Below, piece by piece: positions 6,128 through 12,578 of a stretch of DNA of 12,578 bases; the stretch's first letter is position 1, and the number at the start of each line of letters is the position of its first letter. Made by a program: the position numbers and the translations under genes. The DNA lies in assembly GCA_028277545.1 (NCBI GenBank), contig JANQGB010000237.1, forward strand, positions 1 to 12,578. The letters are read 5' to 3'. The notes beneath the pieces are model-generated. The model was not told where the DNA came from. It ran no database searches and was given only the letters and a program-made list of their open reading frames with translations. Source of the DNA: Phycisphaerae bacterium (GTDB lineage: Bacteria; Planctomycetota; Phycisphaerae; UBA1845).

Positions 6128-7465
6128 TTAGCCCTCGGTTGGCCTGACTTTGGCGTCGGCCTTCTTGGTGACGTTGCCGGCGATGTTCTGGGTCATCTCG
6201 CGAAGATCTATGCCCAGCACGCTCTCCAGGGTGGCCAGCGATTCGGTCAGCATGCGGGCCCGCCCCATGGCGCCGCCGGCGATGGCGTTGCCGCTGCCAC
6301 CATCGATGACCGTGATGTTGTCGAGCTGAACGTCGGCTATCGTCTTGGTTATGTCGCCGACCACATTGGGCAGCATCTCGGTGAGCATGACCTTCAGGGC
6401 GTCCGGGTGCTGCTGTATCGACTTGCCGATCAGCTCGATTGCAGCGGCCCGGGCCTTGCCTTCTTCGAAGATCTGGGCGGCTTCGCCCTCTGCCTGGGCC
6501 TTGGCGACGTCGCGGGCGGCGTTGGCCTGTTTCACCTGCGTGGCGATGAGGCGCTGTTCCTCTGCCTGGGCCTTGGCCTCCTGGGTCTGGGCTTCCTTCA
6601 ACTCGGCTTCGCGGGCCAGCTCGGCCTTTCTGATGCGCAGGGCGTTGTCGGCTTCGGCGATGGCCTTGTCGGCGCCGATGCGCGCTTCCTCGGCTCTCTG
6701 GCGGCCCATCGCCTCGGCGCTCTTGGCGTCGGCCTCGCGTTGGGCCTGGGCCTCGCGGGCCTTGGCTTCCGCTTCAGCTTCCTTGATGTCGGCGTCTGAT
6801 TTTCTGGAGGCCTCGAACTGCCGGGCGTCCGCCCGCACCTGGGCCGAGGCCTTGCGGGCGATCGATTCGAGATACTGCTCTTCGTCGTGGACGTTCTGAA
6901 TGTTGACGCTGTCGATGACCATGCCCAGCTTGCGGAAGTCGTCGGTGACCTCGTTCATCACCGTGGCCACGAACTTGTCGCGGTCCTCGACGATTTCCTC
7001 CGGCGTCATCTTGCCGATGACCGCGCGCAAGCCACCCTCCAGCGTCTCGCGGGCGACGCGCTGCATCTCCGTCGGTGGCTGCCCGAGAAATCGCTCGATG
7101 GCGTTTCCGCGAACCTCCGGATCCGACGATACCTTCACATTGGCCACCCCGGTAACCGTCACCGGGATCATCGTACCGCCGCCGGACTGGGCCTTGACCT
7201 CCAGCCCGACCTGCATGTTACGCAGACTCAGGCCGGAGACTTTTTCTATGATGGGGATGACCAGCGTGCGACCACCGATGAGCGTGCGGTAGCCCTGGGT
7301 CATGGAGGTCCGCTTCCCGCTGATGACCAGCAGTTCGCTGGGGTTGCCGACCACCATGATCTTCGCGACCAGCACCGCGAAGGCGATGAGCAAAAAGAGC
7401 AGAAAGACGCCGATGATGATGCCGCTGCTCAGGTCGGTAGCTTGAGCGATGATCCATGCGTTCAT
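6128..7465 (-). CDS. floT: Flotillin-like SPFH/band-7 membrane-microdomain protein (FloT/YuaG/YqiK type), 445 aa.
   Basis: N-terminal TM anchor IIIGVFLLFLLIAFAVLVAKIMVV. SPFH core (VISGKR...TLIGGRTLVIPIIEKV...NMQVGLEVKAQSGGGTMIPVTVTGVANVKV). A long Ala/Glu/Lys/Arg/Gln-rich coiled coil with EA-type repeats and a conserved C-terminal segment follow. Its start overlaps the stop of the upstream nfeD-like gene (ATGA, 7462-7465). Confidence 0.9.
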   Translation of the reverse strand: MNAWIIAQATDLSSGIIIGVFLLFLLIAFAVLVAKIMVVGNPSELLVISGKRTSMTQGYRTLIGGRTLVIPIIEKVSGLSLRNMQVGLEVKAQSGGGTMIPVTVTGVANVKVSSDPEVRGNAIERFLGQPPTEMQRVARETLEGGLRAVIGKMTPEEIVEDRDKFVATVMNEVTDDFRKLGMVIDSVNIQNVHDEEQYLESIARKASAQVRADARQFEASRKSDADIKEAEAEAKAREAQAQREADAKSAEAMGRQRAEEARIGADKAIAEADNALRIRKAELAREAELKEAQTQEAKAQAEEQRLIATQVKQANAARDVAKAQAEGEAAQIFEEGKARAAAIELIGKSIQQHPDALKVMLTEMLPNVVGDITKTIADVQLDNITVIDGGSGNAIAGGAMGRARMLTESLATLESVLGIDLREMTQNIAGNVTKKADAKVRPTEG

Positions 7466-8220
7466 GAGTCTCCTCCCGATTCGTGTTCGTGAAGAAAGTC
7501 GTATTCTTGTTTCGAGATCACTTCCGCCGTGCCGTTGGCGTAGGTAACCACCACAACGCGGTCACCGACGTTGAAGTGATCATCCGGCCTCTGAGGAACG
7601 GCCCGTACGAAACGTTCCCGACCGCGGATCTGGATAGCTACCTCCCCGCATTGCTCCGGGGAGACCGCCAGGGTGACCCTCGCTCCCTGGTTCAGGAAAT
7701 CGCCTGTCACCGGGGCGCTGTCACCGCTGGTGCGACGCAGGTAGCGGAGTGTCTGGTGGACGGTCTGGCCCACCACCAGCCCGGAGCCCACCGCGGCGCC
7801 CAGCACGGCCCACATACTCAGCGACGTCGTGTAGGACAGTACGGTGCCGATCAGTCCGAAGGTGGCCATGAAGTAGACCAGGAAGCGGATCGAGAACCAG
7901 GTAGCTAATGTGAAACCCTCGACGGCATGATCCACGTCGACGTGGCCGTCCACATCGACATCGGCGCCGACGTCGACATCACCAGCCACGTCAGCATCGA
8001 CATCGATGTCGGCATCCAGGTCGGTGTCCAGATCCAGGTGGGCGTCAGCGGACACGTCGACGTCACCTTCGGCGTCGTGGCCGAACACTGTCGACACGAC
8101 CAGCAACCCGCCGCCGACTATCAGGCAGACGATGTAAACCGTTGTAAGGGTCGACTGCCCCGGCGGCACTGCTGATACTAACTGGGTGTACGCCGCGAGT
8201 GTGCAAATCAGACCGGACAT
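7462..8220 (-). CDS. nfeD: NfeD-like (YuaF/YqeZ-type) membrane protein, 252 aa. TM helices plus a C-terminal OB-fold beta-barrel, with an unusual ~55-aa acidic (Asp-Val/Asp-Ile/Asp-Ala)n low-complexity insertion after TM1.
   Basis: TM1 LTTVYIVCLIVGGGLLVVSTVF. Acidic repeat DAEGDVDVSADAHLDLDTDLDADIDVDADVAGDVDVGADVDVDGHVDVDHAVEG. Two more TM segments. The C-terminal segment GDFLNQGARVTLAVSPEQCGEVAIQIRGRERFVRAV...NVGDRVVVVTYANGTAEV is typical of the NfeD OB domain. The canonical nfeD-flotillin gene pair is translationally coupled. Minus-strand RBS AAGGGAG lies ~8 nt upstream of ATG 8220. Confidence 0.8.
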   Translation of the reverse strand: MSGLICTLAAYTQLVSAVPPGQSTLTTVYIVCLIVGGGLLVVSTVFGHDAEGDVDVSADAHLDLDTDLDADIDVDADVAGDVDVGADVDVDGHVDVDHAVEGFTLATWFSIRFLVYFMATFGLIGTVLSYTTSLSMWAVLGAAVGSGLVVGQTVHQTLRYLRRTSGDSAPVTGDFLNQGARVTLAVSPEQCGEVAIQIRGRERFVRAVPQRPDDHFNVGDRVVVVTYANGTAEVISKQEYDFLHEHESGGDS

Positions 8221-8765
8221 CGTGCGAACTCCCTTGCAGTCAGTGGGCGAAGTGTTCCGCGACTATGCGCCCCACTGTGAATACCTTACCACGCTGCGGA
8301 AGACCCCGCTATTCCAATCGAGACGGAGTTTCATAACCGCCAGTAATCTTCGGAATTACGTGCCGGTGCTTGACCGCTGGCTGAGAATGCAGCGGTGCGA
8401 ACGACAGCGCGCCTGGTTCAAATGGCGCAAGAGCGGGCGCTCTTGGTCAGTGCCAGGGTTGCCGGGGGAGTGGCACGAGCGCGACTCGGCCAGGTTCTGA
8501 TAACCTCTGTCGGCCGAGCATTGAGCACGTGATGTAAGGACATGTAAGATGCAGGGAAGCACTCGCGAACGAGTTGTCAGGCGTGCCGCAGGCGTCTGCA
8601 CCGCCGCGGCTCGCCGCTGTTGCTGCTGGCCCCGGCCATTTCGAGCTGGAAGAGTGCCTACAGGGCTGTCTTGACCTACGCGGCGGGCACGCCACCGGGA
8701 CGCTGGGGCGCCACCAGGCGCGGTTTTGCCCGCTTCTCATATGTCGGTATACTCGCCTCCCGACT

Positions 8766-9701
8766 ATGAGTGTGTTGCTATCGGTCAACGACGTTCGCGT
8801 GGAATTCAAGACGCTGGTCGCGGTGCGCGACGTGAGCTTCGAGCTCCGCGCCGGCCAGCTTCTCGGATTGATCGGGCCCAACGGTGCGGGCAAGACAACC
8901 TTGCTGCGCGTGCTGGCCGGCTTGCACGCACCGACAGCGGGTACGGCCACGGCGATGGGTTTCGACGTGCTCGGCGACGCCGACGAGGTCAGGCGCCACG
9001 TCGGCTTCGCTCCGGACTCACCGCCGGCTTATGACGAGTTGAGCATCGACGAGTTTCTCACCTTCGTAGCCCGGGCGTACGAGTTGGATTGGGCCGAGGC
9101 CGGCGAACGTATCGACTTCTGGCTGGAGCAGACCTGGCTGGCCGACAAGCGTGGAGAGAAGATCAAGAACCTCTCCCGGGGCATGAAACAGCGGGTCACG
9201 GTCGCCAGGACGCTGGTGCCCAACCCCAACGTCGTGTTGCTCGACGAACCCTCTCAGGGGCTGGATCCCGCCGGGCGGATCCAACTGCGGCAGGTTATCG
9301 CAGGTTTGCGCGAGCAGGGCAAAGCCGTCATTGTGTCGTCCCACATCCTGGCGGATCTGGAGGAGTACTGCACCGACATCGCCATCATCGAGCACGGCAG
9401 CATCCTGCAGTTCGGACCGGTGCGGGCGCTAACCGGCCGGGCGGAGGACCGTCACCGATACCGCCTGGTACTCGACGACGGAACCGCGGACGTGACCGAC
9501 ATTCTGAGCGGAATCGAGGACGTCAGTCACGTTACCCGCGACAACGACGCCTACCTGTTCGAATATCACGACGGGCGGGCGTACGCCGCGGTGTTGCTGC
9601 GTGAGTTGATCGAGCGCGGCGTCAGGGTAGCGGAGTTCGCGCCGTTGCCCGAATCACTCGAGGAGACCTATCTCAAGGCGGGTGTAAAGCAGGTGGACTG
9701 A
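8766..9701 (+). CDS. ABC transporter ATP-binding protein, ABC-2/DRA-like subfamily, 312 aa, with a ~80-aa C-terminal accessory domain. The annotated longer ORF from 8574 is probably 5' leader. ATG 8766 gives the canonical ABC N-terminus.
   Basis: Walker A GPNGAGKTT. Q-loop. ABC signature LSRGMKQRV. Walker B VVLLDEPSQGLD. H-loop SSHIL. The start MSVLLSVNDVRVEFKTLVAVRDVSFEL matches typical ABC N-termini. Confidence 0.9.
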   Translation: MSVLLSVNDVRVEFKTLVAVRDVSFELRAGQLLGLIGPNGAGKTTLLRVLAGLHAPTAGTATAMGFDVLGDADEVRRHVGFAPDSPPAYDELSIDEFLTFVARAYELDWAEAGERIDFWLEQTWLADKRGEKIKNLSRGMKQRVTVARTLVPNPNVVLLDEPSQGLDPAGRIQLRQVIAGLREQGKAVIVSSHILADLEEYCTDIAIIEHGSILQFGPVRALTGRAEDRHRYRLVLDDGTADVTDILSGIEDVSHVTRDNDAYLFEYHDGRAYAAVLLRELIERGVRVAEFAPLPESLEETYLKAGVKQVD

Positions 9702-11251
9702 TGGAAGCACCTATCCGGTTGCCGAATGCCATCCTGTGGGTCCAGTCGCGCCTGGCCGGCGGGCGGAGGGTGCTGTGGATCACGGCGGCCTGGTCGGTGG
9801 GGCTGGTAGTGCTGCCTATGGTTGTCCACAGGATGGACGACGGGCTTGATGCCGGCCACGCACTTATTGTGGCGGCAATCCTGCAGGGAGTTGTGCTGGT
9901 GTTGGGGGGATGCAACTCCGTCTACAAAACGCTCACTCGTGACTTTACGACCAAGATGTTCGAGTCGCACCGCCTTTCTCCGGTGAGCTCTTTGGCCGTG
10001 ATGCTTGGCTACCTGTTCGGCAGCACGATACAGGTGATGCTGCTATTTGCGGCCACCGCGGCGTACGGAACCGTGCTGGCGCTTGTAGCCGGCCTGTCCG
10101 TGGATGGCTGGCTGGTCGGCAACGTAATGGTCTTCTTCGCGGCGGTATCGCTGTGGAGCATGGTGGTCTGCGCTGGCGTAGGCGGGACAAAGCCGGGGAA
10201 CCTGTTAGGGGTGCTCGTTCTGGGTGCCCTGCTGGGTGGTTGGGCACTCGCGCTGCTGCCCGGGCTGGGCTTGCTGACCGGTGCCTACGCGCTGGCGGGT
10301 GGCGGTGCCGCCATGACCGGTTACTTCGAGCTCATTGCCAGCCCTGACGTGGTGGCCTCGAGCGACCTTACGACTGTGGTGGCCGCCGCGCTGATCATAT
10401 TCTCCATTGGCATGACCATGCTCTGGCTCAGGGTCGGCCAACGACGCTACCGCCGGCCAGACCGGCCGGGGCTCGACGCGGTGTACGGCACTATCCTGCT
10501 CATTCTCTGGCTGCTGGCCTCCGGCCCCGGTGTTCTGTTGTACAGGCAGTTCGATCCGGATGGGTTGGAGGGCGCGGACTCCAACGCCCAGCTTCTGGCT
10601 ACTCTGGTGATCTCGTTGCTGTTGGCCCTGTTGCCCATAAGTGGGGCGTGCGCGGATCGGGCCCGGCTGATTCGCGGTGCAACCGCCCGCGTGTGGGCGG
10701 AGCGGGTTTCCAGCCGGCACGTCGCGGTACTGGCGGTCGTCCTGATCTGTCTGGCGCTGGGCCTGCCAGGTCTGGCCAGCGACGTCGATCCAGTCTGGGA
10801 CATCGCCTTTACGGGCGAAACCGCCTCGGAGTGGCTCTACACCGCCCTGGCCATGGTCGCGGGGCTGCTGGCTATCGATGGGTTCGCCCGGATGAGTCGG
10901 CTGTTCAACAAGTCGGTCCTCATGGCCCACCTGCTGTTTTTGATAGGCGCCTGGGCTCTTCCACCGGCGGCGGACTATCTTTACGGCCTGTTGCGTCTGG
11001 CCGGGGCGGCCGATCCGTATGCCGCCGTCACGGTCGGTCCGCTGTTTGGCTGTTCGCCGGTGGGAACGATGATCAACGTCTGGACAGGCCTTGGCGCGCC
11101 GGTGATACCTGGCCTGATCGTCCAGGGGCTGCTCGCGCTGACCCTGAGCCTGCTGGCTTTCCGGACGGAACGCCGCGAGATCGCCCGGCGCCGTGGCGAA
11201 GGTCTGCGTTTGCCCGCCATAAAGGCAGGGCCTGCTGTCGAGCGATCGTAA
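9701..11251 (+). CDS. Polytopic integral membrane protein, 516 aa, ~12 predicted TM helices. Putative permease partner of the upstream ABC ATPase. Substrate unknown.
   Basis: ATG overlaps the ATPase stop (TGATG at 9699-9703). The protein is strongly hydrophobic, with a Gly/Ala/Leu/Val-rich series of ~20-residue segments throughout. Antisense ORFs of similar length are Arg/Pro/Gln-rich shadow frames. Confidence 0.7.
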   Translation: MEAPIRLPNAILWVQSRLAGGRRVLWITAAWSVGLVVLPMVVHRMDDGLDAGHALIVAAILQGVVLVLGGCNSVYKTLTRDFTTKMFESHRLSPVSSLAVMLGYLFGSTIQVMLLFAATAAYGTVLALVAGLSVDGWLVGNVMVFFAAVSLWSMVVCAGVGGTKPGNLLGVLVLGALLGGWALALLPGLGLLTGAYALAGGGAAMTGYFELIASPDVVASSDLTTVVAAALIIFSIGMTMLWLRVGQRRYRRPDRPGLDAVYGTILLILWLLASGPGVLLYRQFDPDGLEGADSNAQLLATLVISLLLALLPISGACADRARLIRGATARVWAERVSSRHVAVLAVVLICLALGLPGLASDVDPVWDIAFTGETASEWLYTALAMVAGLLAIDGFARMSRLFNKSVLMAHLLFLIGAWALPPAADYLYGLLRLAGAADPYAAVTVGPLFGCSPVGTMINVWTGLGAPVIPGLIVQGLLALTLSLLAFRTERREIARRRGEGLRLPAIKAGPAVERS

Positions 11252-11288
11252 CGGGGCTGCCCGAGCCTCGGCGGAGGTAGAAACATCC

Positions 11289-12176
11289 GTGAACGAGGTG
11301 CAGATCGAGCCCAAGGACTTCCGGGGCTTGCGACGCTCCGGCCGACATTCCGGGGCGAGCCGGGCGATCGGCGGTGGCTTCGTCTGGGCCCGAAACCTGA
11401 TTGCCCGGGGCATGGCGACAGCAGGGTTGACCCCCAACATGCTGACCGTGGCGGGTTTCGTGGTCACCTGTGGCACGGGCCTGTGCCTGGCAATCGGCGC
11501 GGGTGACGCTCTGCCGTGGGCCAGCGTGCCGCCCGGGACCGAGACCAGCTATTGGCCGCTGTGGGTGGCGGCCGGCTTGTTTCTGTCCAGCGCCTTCGAC
11601 ATGCTGGACGGGGCCCTGGCCAGGGTCGGTAATCTGGCGACGAAGTTCGGGGCGGTCTTTGATTCTTTCACCGACCGCGGCAGCGACGCGGCGCTGTTCC
11701 TGGGGTGCGCGGTTTACTACGCCCGCTATGGTAATGCTACTTACGTGGCACTCAGTGTGCTGGCCCTCTCTTTTGCCCTGAGCATCAGCTATGTCAAGGC
11801 CCGGGCTGAGAACGTGGTTGACCGTTGCGACGTGGGCTATTGGCAGCGCGGCGAACGCAACGCGGCCCTGTTGATCGCCGCCTGCGCCGGACACCTGCCC
11901 GCGGCCCTCTGGCTGCTCGGAACCTCGCCGGCCCTTACCGTCTTGAGCAGGGTCAGACACACCCGTGCTCTGCTGACCGGTGATGGCGCGCCGTGGACCC
12001 CGGCTGGTTGGCTGAAGGCAGCCATGATCTGGCGCCATCCGCGCGGCTCGTTCGGGTACGACGTCGCCACCGGGCTCAATATCGCTTTTCTGATAGTTGG
12101 CCCGTGGATCTGGCCGCGAATGTACGACCACGGGTACGACCCGCTGGGGATGTGGTTGGCGCGCATGGCCGGTTAA
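11289..12176 (+). CDS. CDP-alcohol phosphatidyltransferase-family membrane enzyme, 295 aa, GTG start. Phospholipid head-group synthase type; specificity not determinable.
   Basis: Signature D-G-x2-A-R-x8-G-x3-D-x3-D is present as DMLDGALARVGNLATKFGAVFDSFTDRGSD (nt ~11601-11690). Multiple TM helices. RBS GGAGGT lies 10 nt upstream of GTG 11289. It is co-oriented with the ABC genes and 37 bp after the permease stop, so it is plausibly the same operon. Confidence 0.8.
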   Translation: MNEVQIEPKDFRGLRRSGRHSGASRAIGGGFVWARNLIARGMATAGLTPNMLTVAGFVVTCGTGLCLAIGAGDALPWASVPPGTETSYWPLWVAAGLFLSSAFDMLDGALARVGNLATKFGAVFDSFTDRGSDAALFLGCAVYYARYGNATYVALSVLALSFALSISYVKARAENVVDRCDVGYWQRGERNAALLIAACAGHLPAALWLLGTSPALTVLSRVRHTRALLTGDGAPWTPAGWLKAAMIWRHPRGSFGYDVATGLNIAFLIVGPWIWPRMYDHGYDPLGMWLARMAG

Positions 12177-12208
12177 CAGGATGATGGATCGCACGTAGGC
12201 TGCGTCTT

Positions 12209-12420
12209 CAGTGGCAGGAAGCCGGTGCCACACTTAAGAAACAACAACTGCTCTTCCACCGGCAAGATGCCGGTGCCACACTTAAGAAACGACAACTGCT
12301 CTTCCACCGGCAGGATGCCGGTGCCACACTTAAGAAACGACAACTGCTCTTCCACCGGCAAGATGCCGGTGCCACAGTTGAACAACAACTACTACGTTCG
12401 TGTGGCAGGGTGCCGGTGAT
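12209..12420. repeat. Tandem direct repeat. Three near-identical 48-bp units (12221-12268, 12269-12316, 12317-12364) plus degenerate flanking copies. Each unit is GCCGGTG-N29-CACCGGC-N5, so a 7-bp GC hairpin (CACCGGC-aagat-GCCGGTG) recurs every 48 bp.
   Basis: Read directly. The unit is gccggtgccacacttaagaaac[a/g]acaactgctcttccaccggca[a/g]gat. The only variation is two A/G positions. The 4th copy (12365-12400) has substitutions and a 3-nt deletion. Both array edges carry the degenerate junction GTGGCAGGnnGCCGGTG (12211-12227 and 12402-12418). Local GC is lower than the surroundings. Confidence 0.9.
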
Positions 12421-12449
12421 TCTTTGAGACTGCTTGCCGGTCGGGTGGC

Positions 12450-12578
12450 TTAGCTGGGCGGTGGATGATCGTTGGTTTGCTCGTCGGGGACATTGGCCAG
12501 TTGCTGTTTGCGCGATTTCCGGGCCTGGTATGCGAGGAACAGTGCGAACATGACGCCCAGGCCGATCAGCGGTATGTG
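12450..12578 (-). CDS. 3' end of a minus-strand gene running off the right edge. C-terminal 42 aa ...HIPLIGLGVMFALFLAYQARKSRKQQLANVPDEQTNDHPPPS*, apparently the last TM helix plus cytoplasmic tail of a membrane protein. Identity unknown.
   Basis: The frame is open from the window edge down to a TAA stop (plus-strand tta at 12450-12452). GC3 is high as in the neighbouring genes. It is not in the ORF track because there is no in-window Met start. Confidence 0.4.
   Translation of the reverse strand, partial: HIPLIGLGVMFALFLAYQARKSRKQQLANVPDEQTNDHPPPS

Noticed and set aside
5005-6899. Plus-strand ORFs 5005-5865 (286 aa), 5486-6799 (437 aa) and 6345-6899 (184 aa) overlapping the TRASH and flotillin genes
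   Set aside because: They are antisense to genes with unmistakable repeated Cys motifs and an SPFH/coiled-coil signature. Their products are Gly/Leu/Ala/Arg-rich with no domains. They are high-GC shadow frames.
8186-8500. 104-aa plus-strand ORF in the long divergent intergenic region
   Set aside because: It overlaps the nfeD start codon region on the opposite strand. It uses rare codons (AGA, ATA, CTA) with a GC3 well below the neighbouring genes. Its Arg/Lys/Trp-rich product has no motif. It is more likely non-coding regulatory DNA, although a small regulatory protein cannot be fully excluded.
8574-8765. Longer N-terminal extension of the ABC ATPase (ORF track start at 8574)
   Set aside because: The extension (MSGVPQASAPPRLAAVAAGPGHFELEECLQ...) has no similarity to ABC N-termini and no RBS. 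The downstream ATG at 8766 yields the canonical 5-10-residue lead-in before the ABC beta-strand. The longer form was treated as an open upstream frame.
10205-12233. Two long minus-strand ORFs (10205-11476, 423 aa; 11073-12233, 386 aa) antisense to the permease and CDP-alcohol phosphatidyltransferase genes
   Set aside because: The translations are Arg/Pro/Gly/Gln-rich low-complexity with no recognisable motifs, typical of shadow ORFs in high-GC DNA. The sense-strand genes have clear TM hydrophobicity and a catalytic signature.
12173-12419. Repetitive-peptide ORFs on both strands across the 48-bp tandem repeat (e.g. CGTGILPVEEQLSFLK x3)
   Set aside because: These are an artefact of the unit length being a multiple of three. 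Codon usage is AT-rich at third positions, unlike real genes here. There is no RBS, and the minus-strand ORF overlaps the stop of the upstream gene.
12209-12420. Possible CRISPR array
   Set aside because: The intervening 29-nt segments are identical between units, so these are not unique spacers. The stems are only 7 bp, and no cas genes or leader are present. It is a simple tandem duplication.

Overview
High-GC (~65%) bacterial chromosomal window with ten supported protein-coding genes in four blocks, plus a partial eleventh gene and several non-coding structures.

(1) The 3' three-quarters of a methyl-accepting chemotaxis protein (dCache-type sensor, HAMP, MCP signalling domain) runs off the left edge.

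(2) A BlaI/MecI/CopY-family winged-helix repressor gene sits behind a textbook TTGACG-17-TAATAT promoter with an embedded dyad. It is followed by a BlaR1-like M56 (HEXXH) membrane zinc-peptidase. The extracytoplasmic sensor of this peptidase is not a penicillin-binding domain but a pair of canonical EF-hand loops plus a C-terminal coiled coil.

(3) Convergent to that pair on the minus strand is a two-gene operon of TRASH/YHS-type Cys-motif metal-binding proteins. One is a secreted protein with three tandem TRASH repeats and a His-rich tail. The other is a TRASH domain fused to a 4-TM domain with an HPxxVHFP motif.

(4) An nfeD-like gene overlaps a flotillin (SPFH) gene. The NfeD homologue carries an unusual (Asp-Val)n acidic repeat whose codons create several perfect 10-14 bp DNA palindromes.

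(5) Across a 545-bp divergent intergenic region lies an ABC-2-type ATPase, a 516-aa polytopic permease and a CDP-alcohol phosphatidyltransferase.

(6) Next comes a ~4.5-copy 48-bp tandem repeat of regularly spaced GC hairpins in a convergent intergenic gap, then the 3' end of a minus-strand membrane-protein gene.

The most interesting candidate for a novel system is the BlaI/BlaR1-type proteolytic signalling pair with an EF-hand (Ca2+/divalent-cation) sensor, sitting next to a TRASH-domain metal-handling operon.

All calls rest on motif reading of the translated ORFs and the DNA. No database search could be run.
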